Assembly (NCBI RefSeq): GCF_000372725.1
Contig: NW_005201392.1
Coordinates: forward strand, 987,620-1,040,250
DNA: 52,631 nucleotides
Direction: 5' to 3'
From: Emiliania huxleyi CCMP1516
Lineage: Eukaryota
The position numbers and the translations under genes are program-made. The notes under the pieces are model-generated. The model made no database searches. It was not told the origin of the DNA and saw only the letters and a list, made by a program, of their open reading frames with translations. Shown in pieces: positions 32,498 to 44,085 of the stretch (position 1 is the first letter of the stretch; every line of letters starts with the position of its first letter).

Positions 32498-32947
32498 CTA
32501 TTGACATATATATTGATATTGATCGCACCTCTAACTATTGGAGAGCAATATATATGTTCAATATTTCCCGTGGTCCTTTTTATCTCATCCATAGCCGTTT
32601 AGTTTTAAGTTTAGTTTTTCCACTATTGCGCTTTCGTTCATCCCAAACGACGAGAAAACGTGCAACGATCTCTTCGAGCGAGTTCTACAGGAGACACTCA
32701 CCCCGGATGGGCCGCCACATACACGACATGCAAACGACGCAACATGCACAGGCCATGCAGCGTGTGTCCTCGGTCCAAGCACCAAGGGGTGTCGCTCCCG
32801 GCCTCTTGGTGTGCTTGCCGAGGCGCCCACCACACTGCCACCACGAAGCTCAGAGAGAGGCGCGCCGCCCGCTCCACGCTGGGTGTCGCCTCTCCCGCTG
32901 AGTCGTCGCGACCTAGGTCGCCACTAGTGAACCGAACTGTCCCCCCA

Positions 32948-35900
32948 CTACTCTTTGACCACGCGCGGCGACGACACCGACCTCACCATGCGATGGAAGA
33001 AGCCCGCCTTCTTCATCTTCTCCGACGCGTCGTCCTGCCGCGCCTTCTCCTGCCGCAGCTTCTCCTCGATCTGAGACGTCACGTCCGGCGTTGCCGTGCG
33101 CGGCTCCTGCCCAATCACCCGCGGCGGCTCCTCCACATCGAGCGCGTCTCGCGCGGTGCCGCCGGGTGGCACGTGGAGGCGCAGCTGCTTGGGATTGGCC
33201 AGCCGGCGGCGGCCGGCGGCGGCCGCGTGCGGATCTGCGGCGGCCTCCGCCTTGCCCGCCGGGGCAACGGGGGGGGCTCCGCCGCCCCCTGCCGCCGCCG
33301 CCGCCTCCACCTCCAGCGTGCCGACGTCGGCGACGTCGGGCGCCGCCTCGCCCTCAATCGACGTCTTGCCGCTGCCGCGGCGCCGCGACTCCGACTGGTT
33401 TGCGTCGACGGGAGCGAGGGGCTCCGCCTTCGAAACGGCAACTTCCACGGCGGTCTCGGCGAGCCTGCGCCGCAAGCCGTTGATGCCATCGCGCAATTCG
33501 TCGTTTGTCTGCGTGACGTCGAGCGCCTTCAGCGCGCCCTCCATCTTCAGACCGCGGTCGGGCGTCGCCACCTCAAGCAAGCGCGATGCCGCCTCGCCCG
33601 CGCCCGCGAGCGTCGCGTCCGGCATCGGCGCCGGCAGCAGGACCGCGGCCGACGCCTTGGGCCCCTCGGGCGCCTTGGGCCCCTCCGGCGCGCGCCTCCC
33701 CTTCCGGGAGAGCCGGTCGATGAGAGGCTCCTTGTTTCGCTCCTTGAGCGCATCCGACTCAGGCGTCAAGCCCGCGGCGGGCTCGAGCGCGGCCGCCGAG
33801 CGGCAGATGGCGCTCGGGCTCGGACGGCGCGCGACCGAGGAGCGGCGCGAACGGCGCGTGGCCATCCCTGGCTCCATTTCCACCGCGTCAAACATGCCCG
33901 ACGTGGCCGCTGCCGCCGTGGAGACGCGTGACGGCCGGCGCAGCGGTCGCGCCTCGTCCGTCTCCATCCAGTCTTCGTCGGACGTCTCCCCCACAGCATC
34001 CGACTCGGACTCCGACTCGTCCGACTCGTCCGACTCGGACTCGGGCATCTCGCGGGTCCGCCTCCGAGCCTGGTGCGCGCGCTCGAGGATTCGCATCTGC
34101 ATCTTCTCCTCCTCCTCCTCTGAGCCGCGACGTGCCGGCGCCGGCGCCGGCGGCGCGCGTGCAGCGGTCGCCACCTGCGCCTGGAGCGCAGCGTTGGCCT
34201 CCTGCAGCGCCTTGATCTCTGCTGCGTCGCGCGCGGCCTGTCGCCTGCCCTCTGAACGCTCCCGCATCAGCTGCAGCCTCACGGTGTTGGTGGTGTCGCG
34301 CGCCGCCTGAGTGGGCCGGGGCGGGAGACGTCACAGTGCGTCCGCGGAGACGTGTGCTCTACGAGCCGGAGATGTGTTGGTGGAGCCGCGCGCAGCTACA
34401 GCTACAGGGGAGAGGCCACGGGCATGGGCACAGGTTCGTGCCTGGAGGCCCTCCTCCTTGTGCGCGAGCTGCGCCTTGCCGGCGTGCAGCGCCGTGAAAG
34501 CCTACACGCTGATTACGCCAACCTCAAGGCGGGAGTACGGTATTGTGCAGTGTACTCAGAGCACCGCGTGAATACACACGGGCTACGAATACAATGGATA
34601 CAGCGGAGTACGGTAGAATGCAGTTGACTTCGTGTCCTCTCGTTGGAAAACAAGGATACGCATTCCGCTTCTGGGGGTGAGGGCCTGGACACTCTGGTCG
34701 AACGCGCAGTGCAGCAGCGACCTCGCGAGCTGCAGCTGCGAGATCGTCTCGATCTTGACGTGCGCGAGGTCTGTGGGAGGGGTGCCGGATGAGGTCAATG
34801 AACGACGCTACCACTGCGGAGTTGGCGACTCCCGTCGGTCGTGTCGGCGTGCGTGAGGGCGGCACTGTGAGGGCGGCACTGGAGGCGGCGCCCGAGGTCT
34901 CATGGGTCTAGCAAACCATAAACCAAAGCGGCGGAGGGGAGAGGTGCAGTGGATGGACATATGTCGAGTGTGTCGAGAGGCAGGTGGGCGCATCGCCCGC
35001 ACTCACCGTCCTTTGCCGAGAGCTTCTGGTTGTGCTCGCAGATCTCGCGGTTGAGCGCCTGTTTGCAGGCGCAACATGGCGGCCACAGTCGTGGGTGCGC
35101 TGTGCCGAACACACCCAGTGGCAGCGGAGCGGAGCGCACCTCGCGGCGAGCCTTGAGCTCCTCGAGCTCACGCGGCGTGTTTTCCGACGCTGCGCCCTCC
35201 TTGAGCTGGCTCTCCTGCAGTTGCCACGGGCAATCGAGTGAGTGCGGGTGAGGAGAGGAAGGGGGCTGTGCGCGCGCGCTGTGTACGCCTCGCCATCACC
35301 TCTCAGTCGCCTCCCGCCCACCACACAGGCGACTTATGTTTTGATGTTGGATTCCACCCGAGAGGATGCTCCGGGTGCGTCTTGCGGTTCTCTCCCTGTC
35401 CCTCTGCCTGTCATGTGCATGTCTGCTGCTGCCTGTCGTGTGTGATGTCGGTCGTCTGGGGGGTGGGGTGGGGTGGGGTGGGGTGCTCCTTGGCGACAAT
35501 GTCAAGGTTGCACCGGCGGCGCTCCTCGACGAGCACCTCTTTGGAGTCGCGCAGCTTTTGGTGGTCCACCGCGACGCTCACTTGCTCCGTGAACCACTCC
35601 TTGGCCTACAACATGTGTAGGAAGTGTCTAGGAAGTATCTAGGGAGGACTTGCTCCGTGAACCACTCCTTGGCCTACGCGCTGAGTGCACCAGCCTCGGG
35701 GCGGGAAGCACGGTCTCGTGCAGAGTCTTCCAGAGTACCGTGTGAATACGAGCGACACGAGTACAGCCGAATACGGTCGAGTACAGCGGAATACGTGTCC
35801 TCTCGAGCGCTGGTTGGAGTACAAGGATGCGTCCTTCCGCTTCTAGGCCGCTTTGCCGGCCGTCCGTTGACCGACTTCGTGTCGCCGTGCCCGCGCCGCT

Positions 35901-36047
35901 CAAACGAGGGCGCCTGCCGCGCCTGGAGGATGAGACGTGCGACATGAGCGTGCTTGGCCACCAGGGGCGCTCTCGCAGCGTGGCATGCACCGTGGACACG
36001 GTGTGGGCGTGTGGACTGCCGTGGCTTCCAATGTGGGGACATGGGTG

Positions 36048-36092
<45 letters not shown>

Positions 36093-39000
36093 ACCACCTG
36101 CGCGGCCATCGTCGTCTTGCGGGCCACATTGGGCAGGTTCTGGTCGATAGCCGTCACCTGCAACAGGGAGCCGGAGGAGCCGGGCTCAGGAGCCCCTCCA
36201 ACCCCTCGCGGATAGCCTGGCCGTGATCTTTGACGGACCTTGCCCGGTGCTCCCCACGCGGGGCGGCTGACTAGCGGCGCTCCGCCGCCCCGAGGAGCCT
36301 CGGGTGCGGCGCCCAGCCGGCCGTGCTGCCCGCGCTTGTGCAGCGCAATGACCTCCTCGTTCTTGCGCTTGAGCACGGCGCCCTGCCTTGCGTGGTCCTG
36401 CTGCAGCCGGTCCAGCTGCGCCGCCGTCCTCTCCCCCTTGCGGCGCAGATTGGCCAGCTCGCGCTCGCGCGCCTGGCAGCAGTGGCGGCAACGGCGGTGG
36501 TCAACGGCGCCGGCTCGGAGCGGCAAGTGGCGACGGCGGCGGCGGGTGAAGGAAGAAGGTGGCGGCATGGGCCCGGGGCTCCCCCCCCCCGCGGCCCAGA
36601 CCCCAACTTCGCGTTGCCGCTAGGGCTGCCATGAGTTCGCTAGGGTTGTATGTGCGCTGGCAACAGCGGAGCTCGCTGGGCGCTCGCAAGTTAGATCGGG
36701 GCGCCTGGTGCTGCGCGCGGTGCGAGTCCGCCTCGTCGCGCATTCGGCGCGTGAGCGCCACCTTTTGCGCCTTGATCGTGCTGATCTCCTGTCCGAGCTC
36801 CTGCAGACAAGAGGGGCCGCCGAAGAGTTTGTTGGAAGGGGAAGGGGGAAAGGGGAAAGGGGAAGGGGGGAGAAAGGTANNNNNNNNNNNNNNNNNNNNN
36901 NNNNNNNNNNNNNNNNNNNNNNNNNNNNNNNNNNNNNNNNNNNNNNNNNNNNNNNNNNNNNNNNNNNNNNNNNNNNNNNGGGAGGGGGGGGGGGGGGGGA
37001 GGGGCCAAAGCAGGGAGGCCGAAGGAGAGCCTGGCGCCTGGACGCGGCGCTCTGCATGCACGCGCGCGTTGAGAAGCGCCCGCTGCTGCGACTGCTGGTT
37101 GCGCAGCGACTTGAGCTGGGCCTCCGCCGCCTGCGGGGGCGACGAGACGGGAGTGGGTGTGTCGCAGGAGTGGTGGACGTGCCTCGTGGTGTGAGGCGGG
37201 GTGAGCCTAGGGGTGAGCCTAGGGTAGCGATCTCCCTGCCTGCGTACGAGCTCGTTGCTAGAGCTCGCACTAGAGGCCGTCATCGCATTCGCCTTCCTGG
37301 GACCCAGTGCTGACTTCTGACTGTCGTTGCTGTCTCTTCCTTCTCGACTGTCTGTGCTTGTGCGTCTTGGGGCCCGGGGTTGTGTTTTGCGTGAGGCGGT
37401 TGTGTCGCGGCGTGTCTGTTTTGGGGGAGGCCACACGTGGTCTCAGGGCGCGCCTCGAGCTTGCGCGCAAACTGCTCCCGCAGCGCACTGGTCTTGGCAT
37501 CGCTCCTCTCCTGCAGCTCCGACATCTTTTTCGCCAGCTCGTCGCGCTCGCGCCTTTAAGTAATGGCCATTCATGGTCATGGATGATCATGAATATTTAA
37601 TTCAATTAGGCACTCGTCGCGCTCGCGCCCCGTCTCGCGCACCGACGTCTCGAGGGCTGCGAGGGCGCGCTGCAGCTCCTCGAGCTCTTCGGCTGTCGCA
37701 GGTCCCGACTGCTGCGACTCGGCGAGCAGCTCTTGCTTCAGCGCCAACGTCTCGGTGAGGCCCGCGAGAGCCTGGTTGCGCAACCAGTCCGGCGGTCACG
37801 GGATCCCGAGGCTCCGCTTCGCCGCGCGGATCACAGCGGCATCTCGGTGCATCGGGCATCTCGGGGCATCTCGCCGCCGGGGGGAGGAGGCTGGGTGAGA
37901 GCAGCGGTCGAGAGCAGTGGCAGTGGGGCGGGTGTGCTGGGGGGGGGGGGGGGGGTAGTGTGCAGAGACGTAGACGGAGCACAGAGGCAGAGGGCGGCCG
38001 CGCGCCGTTCACATCGATCTCGGGTAATCTCGGGTAATCTCGGGTAATCTCGGGCGGGTTAATCTCGGGCGGCCGCGCGCCTCCGACATCGACTCCTGCT
38101 TTTGCAGGAACTCGAGCTCCTCCTCGAGCTGCTCCGCCTACCACCAGCCAGCTGACGTTGCCGTGCCGCCGCCGCGATGTAAGGCGCGGCGCGGCGCCAC
38201 GCAGCGCTCACGCCTTGTACTCCAGGTCCTCCGCGCTCGCTTCCTCCTCCGTCGACCCGTCCGACTCCCGCCCACCAGAGGGCGAGTCCGCGCCGGCGGC
38301 GGCGGCCTCGCCCGCGGCGGCGCAGTCGTCTCCGGTGGCCGATGCTCTGATGCTAGCCCGCATCGCGTTGAGCTTTTGCTGCAGCGCGTGGCAACGGTGG
38401 AGCGCGAGGTCGGAGGGCGTAGCGATGGCCGCCCCGGTCGCCGCGAAGCACGGCGCGAGCGCAGACTGCCCAGAGATGGAGAAGGTCGCTAGCGGAGGCA
38501 ACGGTCCGCCGCCCGACTCGTAGTGCTGCAGCCGCGCGGTGAGGGTCGCTACCTGCTCGAGCAGCGAGATATGGGGAGATATGGGGAGATATGGGGAGAT
38601 ATGGGTCGCCACCTGCTCGAGCAGATCCGCACTCATTAAATAGTATGCTAATTAACATTCAATGAGGGTCTCCACCTGCTCGAGCAGATCCGCGATGCGG
38701 GCCTGCACCGGGTCCTGCGCGATCAGCAGCTTGTTCTGGATCTGCCGCGCCCGGTTGGCGTACTTGAGCGTGTTGAGCGTCTCCTCCATGTCGGCGTCGC
38801 TCGGCGAGACGCACGCGATCATCAGCGTGTGCGCGTTGCCCCCGAGCGAGTCCTGCAGCAGCCGCGTCAGCTTCGAGTCGCGGTAGGGCACGTGGGCGTG
38901 CTTCTCGCACAGCGCGGAGATGACGTTGCCGAGGGCGAGCAGCCCCTGCAGAGCAGTGTGACGACCATAAGAGCCGTTGTTCTTGGCCAGCCGGTGATTC

Positions 39001-40047
39001 TCGCCTCCCCCGTGGTGGTGTGTGCCCAGCCCGTGTCCCGACCCGGGACACAAACCCTGTGAGGACTGAGCATATGGTACGAGGGACCCAGAGCATATGG
39101 TGGCCGCACCTTGTTGATCTGGACGCCCTCGGCGAAGCGGTCGCCCGACGCGCCCGTCCGCTTGGCGCGCTCGGAGCCGGCGAGGTCCACAAAGTTGAAG
39201 CGCGGCGTCAGCACCTTGCCGCCCCGGAGGCGGAGCTCGATGCTGACGGTGAAGATTGCGTGCGAACGGGACGACGTCGCGTTCATCGCGGTCGCCCCCG
39301 TCGCGCGGTTGCTCGAGCCGTCAGACAGCACGGCCATCGCCTCCTCCGGCGATCCAACCGGCCGCATCGCCAGCCCCGGCAAGGCAATCGCGCCCTCCTT
39401 CTCGCGCACCTCCAGCGTCGCCAGCTTGGGTGCGCCGTCGGCCGCCGCCGCCTCGATCGGCGGCTGCAGCAGGTCGTGGATGTCCTCCTTGTACACCTCG
39501 ATAAACGAGGCGCTGGCCGCGAGCGCCGCGCCCTCGAGCTCGCCGTCGCCGCCCGCCACCCGTGCAAAGATCTCGGCGACGGTGCGCGGGATGATCCCAA
39601 GCGCCGCCTCGGGCACGGCGCTCGAAGGCGTTCCGATGCTTCCCATTGTGTGCGTCTTGCCCGAGCCGGTCTGTCCGTACGCGAGCACGGTCGAGTTGTA
39701 GCCCTTGAGCACGCGCTCTACGAGCGCCTGGGCGCAGCCCTCGTAGACCTCGTGCTGTGCCGCGGCCGTATCGAAGACGTGGTCGAAGGTGAAGGCGCGG
39801 TCGGCGCCCAGCACGACCTGCGGCTCGCCGGCGACCTTGCGCAGGATCTCCTGCGCGCCGTCCGCCTGGTCACTCTCCCGCAGCGGCCGAATGCGGACCG
39901 CGACGCGCACCGCCGTGGCCTCGCCGCCGTCGGCAGCCTCCTGACGCGTCGCCTACAGTGCAGCAGGTTCGTACGTACGTGGAGCGCGTTGGCTGCCTGG
40001 TCCGAACTGCCTTCGCGTACGTCAGTGGACAACAGCCGCGAGGACAT
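32948..40047 (-). CDS. Kinesin-4-like motor protein (KIF4/KIF21/KIF27 type), multi-exon
   Basis: [38 protein letters not shown] and [20 protein letters not shown]...[13 protein letters not shown], followed by many coiled-coil exons. The 32948-34307 ORF is interpreted as the last exon; internal junctions are only partly resolved. Confidence 0.85.
36880..36979. other. Assembly gap (100 N) in a kinesin intron
   Basis: Run of N flanked by G-rich tracts. Confidence 0.99.
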
Positions 40048-40198
40048 TGTGCCTGCGGCGGCGACGGACGTGGTGTCGGGGGGCGGGGTTGCGGGGAGGG
40101 GGCGGGCCGCGGGCCGGGCAGACCCCAAGCCCCAGGCGAGCAGGGCGGAGCGGAGCAAGTCAAACAGAGAGCGGAAAAGTATTATCGAGCGAGGTTGG

Positions 40199-40928
40199 CC
40201 ACCCCTTGTTTGGTGTGCGCTTGCCCCGCGGGCAGCTTCTCGGCCGAGGTCGGCAGCGCCGCCTGCGAGCTCTGCCCACCTGGAGGATTTTGTGAGGAGG
40301 CGGGCGCCGCCACAAGCATGGTCTGGCAGGCTTGTCCCGCGGGGACCTACAATGCCCACTACGGCGGTCTGCGCCCACTTGTACGAAAAGAAGTCGCAGC
40401 CCGCCGTCGCTCTGCAGTGCGCCCGACACCCCGCACTGTTGTCCAACATCGCGTCGATCAGCACAACACCCGCGTACCAGCTATCACAGGTGCTACCTGA
40501 AAGAGGGCTACACGGAGGAGCGCTGCACCTCGCCGAATGGCTGGATCGGCGGGGAGAACACGCCATATGTGTCGTGGGGTCCCACCTACGTCTATGCCGC
40601 TTCGGCCGATCTCTGCAAGCTTTGCCCGGCAAACGCCGACTGCAGCGCCTTCAACACCACCCTCGAGTCCCTCGGCGTGCCACGCGGCTATTGGCGCGCT
40701 TCAAGCCTCACCACGGAGCTTCACGAGTGTGTCGCCTCAAATCACTGCAGCCGCTCGGGCAAAGGCGAGCACTCCAGCCGCAGACTCAATGCGTCGGCAT
40801 CCAGCGGCGGAGCGCACGGCGAGGGCTGTGACGCGGGCCACACGGGCCCGCTTTGCGAATGGTGCACGAGCGAGACAGAGTACTTTAGCCGAGCAAAATA
40901 CGGGTGGTGTCATAATGACCACTTTTGA
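40199..40928 (+). pseudogene. Fragment of a Cys-rich surface-protein gene (GCC2/GCC3 or ephrin-receptor-like repeats, PAN-like module) with an internal inversion
   Basis: CPAGSFS...CELCPPGGFC...CPAGTYN, then after a frame break CYLK...GYWR...C.AGHTGPLCEWC; no start codon, signal peptide or TM region. Confidence 0.6.
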
Positions 40929-41922
40929 TGTTTTTTTGCCGTGTTGCTCCCAGCGCCCTCGCCCGCGCTCCCTGAGGCCATGGCTGGTGCTACTAGTATG
41001 GGGGGCTACCTGGCTACCGCGAGAGCGACCCAACTCGTCGACATCGTCCGATGATGGTGCCTCAAAGTCAGCCTCCGGAGGCTATCGTCGCGTCGAGCCG
41101 GCGGTGGCCGTGCGTGACATGTGGTTCCACCACCCCTCGTAGGCTTTGCCTCTGACCGCCACCGTTCCCAGGCTATCTGATGGGATGGAAAGGAAGGCTG
41201 GGCGAGCGTATAGAGAAGCGTGTGCGTGCGGTCGACCTCGTCGTGGCAACCTGCCACGGCACCGCTGGCAGGCGCGATGAGCGTCGTGCCACCTGACCCG
41301 AGACGGGTCGCAGGCGTCGTACCGAGCGCGTCGAGACCGTGTCCTGATGCGCTCTGCACGGGCGAGTCACGTCGGCGTCAAAAAGGAGCGACGTGTGACC
41401 TGTCAGAGCTTGATCTCCGATCTCAGCGACGTCGAATCGCAACTCTAACACTCACACGTCATTTGGGGCCTGGAGCCCTGTTCACGCGCAAATCTCCTCT
41501 CGAATCGCCTTCGGTGGCGACAGCTAGGATGCATCTCCTCGGTCGTTTTTCGCGCGATGGCCCTGAGAAGCTGGCGCCGCACGCAGGCGGACCTTGTGTG
41601 TGCGCGGGGAACGCTTTAAATTAAAAAGTGAGAGCTCTCTACGTCACTTTTTTTGAGTAGATAGTGCCGAGCTGGCCGTGACAGCGATTTTGGTAGTTTT
41701 TGGCGGGTTTTGCACCACAGACTTTTTGCACCTAGTCGGGAGATCAAAAACGCTCGGGCCTCTCGGCCCTGCGCGTCGCCAAAATAAATAAATAGAGGGG
41801 CATCTCCAGGTCTCCAGGAGCTGCTCCAGGAGAGATGCAGATGGGCGACGCACGGACACAGAGGGACAGCGCGCACCCCGCCCCGCTCGCAGGGCGTGCA
41901 TCAGAGCAATCGCATGCGCACG

Positions 41923-42052
41923 CGAGGGTGGGGGTGAGGGTGGGGGCGAGGGTGGGGGTGAGGGTGGGGGTGAGGGAGGGGGTGAGGGAGGGGGTGAGGG
42001 TGGGGGTGAGGGTGGGGGCGAGGGTGGGGGCGAGGGCGGTGGCGAGGGCGGG
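41923..42052. repeat. 12-bp tandem repeat (GAGGGTGGGGGT-like), which reads PSPP on the minus strand
   Basis: About 10 copies directly visible; not part of a credible gene. Confidence 0.85.
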
Positions 42053-42086
42053 GGGGTGCCTGTTGCGGAACACCGTGTTGGCGGGG

Positions 42087-42457
42087 TAGAGCTGTCAAAC
42101 GTTAAGAGCTGAACAGTGTTGCTAGTGTTAACAGTAACAACAGAACAACAGTGGGGCTCCCCAACAACAGTAGCTAACGTTAGGCCAGCTGAACAGCAAT
42201 AAGGAAGGCCTGGCAGTGACCCACGACGATCTCCAGCGTCCAGTGCGGGTAATACCCGAAAATACCTGGAAAAACCCAGGTATTTTCGGGTTTTACCCGG
42301 GTTTTTTGGCATTTTCTGCTTGCTGATCACTGAACAACAGTAACAACAGTAACAAACAGTAACAGCTTGGGCTGGGGAGAACACTTGAACAACGTTGAGG
42401 ATTTTCAGCCAACAATAGTGCAACTGTTAGGCCCAAAGTTAACGTTTGACAGCTCTA
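42087..42457. mobile_element. MITE, hAT-like
   Basis: 19-bp perfect terminal inverted repeats TAGAGCTGTCAAACGTTAA; exact 8-bp target-site duplication TGGCGGGG (42079-42086 and 42458-42465); subterminal AACAG repeats; AT-rich interior. Confidence 0.92.
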
Positions 42458-42813
42458 TGGCGGGGGGGCGACTCGTCTCGGTGTTCTCAGTTCTGTGAGT
42501 TCTCGACTCGGACTGTCTGTGCTTGTGCGTCTTGGGTCCGGACCGGAGGTCCGGGGCGATTGAAAAAGAGAAAAAGCTCTGGGTCAAAGAGAGTAACGCC
42601 GACCGGGGGCCTGCCGGTCGGAATTGTGCTGCCCCCCCCCCCCCCCCCCCCGCCTTCTCGAGTCCCTGTCCGCGTGTGAGGGTCTGAGGGTGCCCCAGCA
42701 GCACCGCCAGCCACGCCCTCGCCCGATCAACACAGCCGCCGCCGGGCTGCACTCCTGAACGGGCGCCAGGGAGCTCGTCGCGCCCCCAGCCCCGCAGCGC
42801 TCGGGCCAAGTCG

Positions 42814-43508
42814 CTACGTCACCGCAATCTGCCAGCGACCCTTCCTCCTCCGCCGGCTGAGCGTGTTGCGCCCCGCTCGGGTGCTCATCCGACTGTGGCG
42901 GGCGGGGCGGGAAGAGGGGGTGCGTCAGAGCCCATCGGCGAATCCGGCGCGCGCTCCCACCCTGGGCTGGCGGCGGCAGCGGCAGCATATACACATGTGT
43001 GGCGGCAGCAGTTGCGCCCAGCATGGGGCGCGTGCGCGCGGCGCACTGTAGGAAGCCGTGCGTCCGCTTGCGCTTGAGCACGTTCGGCTGGTACGTCCGC
43101 CATCCCTTTTTCCCCTTGGCGGCGAGCGGCTCGAGCGAAGACAGTGGGGGCAGCTCCAGGTAGGGCATCTCGCAGGGCGCAGGAGCGTCCACGCCTGCAG
43201 CGTGGGCCGCGGTCAGGGCTGCGGGCTTCGTGCATTGGCCGGCTGAGTGCATCGGCCGAGGCGCCACCGAGGCTGATGCTTCCAAAGCACAGGAGCGGCG
43301 TGAGCGGCTCTGCGGCCTCCGGCGTCGCGGCGCACCGGAGCGGCGGCGGCGGGGCCAATGGGCGAGCGTCGCCAGCGCCGGGAGTGCGGCAAAAATCGAG
43401 CTCGGCGCACAGGGGAGCCAGCCGCGCCGGCTCTGCGCGGAAGAGGGAAACTGTGCGCACGGCCGCGCCGAGCGCTCGCCGCGATCGGAGCAAGCTGCGG
43501 CCAAGCAT
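42814..43508 (-). CDS. MRPL34: Mitochondrial ribosomal protein L34 (bL34m) precursor
   Basis: RTYQPNVLKRKRTHGFLH joined across intron 42893-43046 to RMSTRAGRNTLSRRRRKGRWQIAVT*. Arg-rich presequence from ATG 43508; the first intron boundaries are uncertain. Confidence 0.88.
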
Positions 43509-44085
43509 GACGCGAACGTTTTCTTCTTTACCGGATTCTTTACCACGGAGTCCGCGCCCTTTTGTCGTGCTTTCTTAGGTATATTGTTGGCAAATCAAGA
43601 CACAGATTGTATTTTAAGAGAGAATTCTTGTGTAGAAAGTTTCTTTCTTTATTTACATGTATTACGGAGGCCGAGGCACCGCGCGCACCTGCCGGCGTAG
43701 CTCCGTGGGTGGGACTCCGCCTCGGCCTCGAGATGATGGCGCCATGGCGGCAATGATGGGATGTCCACAGGGCTGGAGGACGACTCGCCGCTTTCCTCCC
43801 ACTGACTGTGAATCTCACACCCTCACTCTCTGATTTTGTCTCCCATGTGAGCTCTGTGTCCTGACTTGCACCAACCAATATACCTACAACAGGGAGCTCG
43901 GTGGGTGAGCTACGACGCGGGCGGTTTCGTCCGTGGCGGCAAGATCGATCGGCAGTGGAGACGACTGTGCGGGATGTTCGAAAAAGAAAATATCTCAAGA
44001 AGCCCAAAACACGCGCGTGGCATATTGCAATAGGAGGAGAGCTCGATCCCAAGGACGCACGAGTTACTCGGTCATTCGCTGCACG

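Noticed and set aside
32948..34282. Independent 444-aa gene or transposon ORF next to the MITE
   Set aside because: It has a non-ATG start, an upstream splice acceptor near 34308 and coiled-coil continuity with kinesin exons; no transposase motifs were seen.
41644..42423. 259-aa Pro-rich ORF
   Set aside because: It is a chance read-through across the hAT-like MITE and a 12-bp microsatellite.
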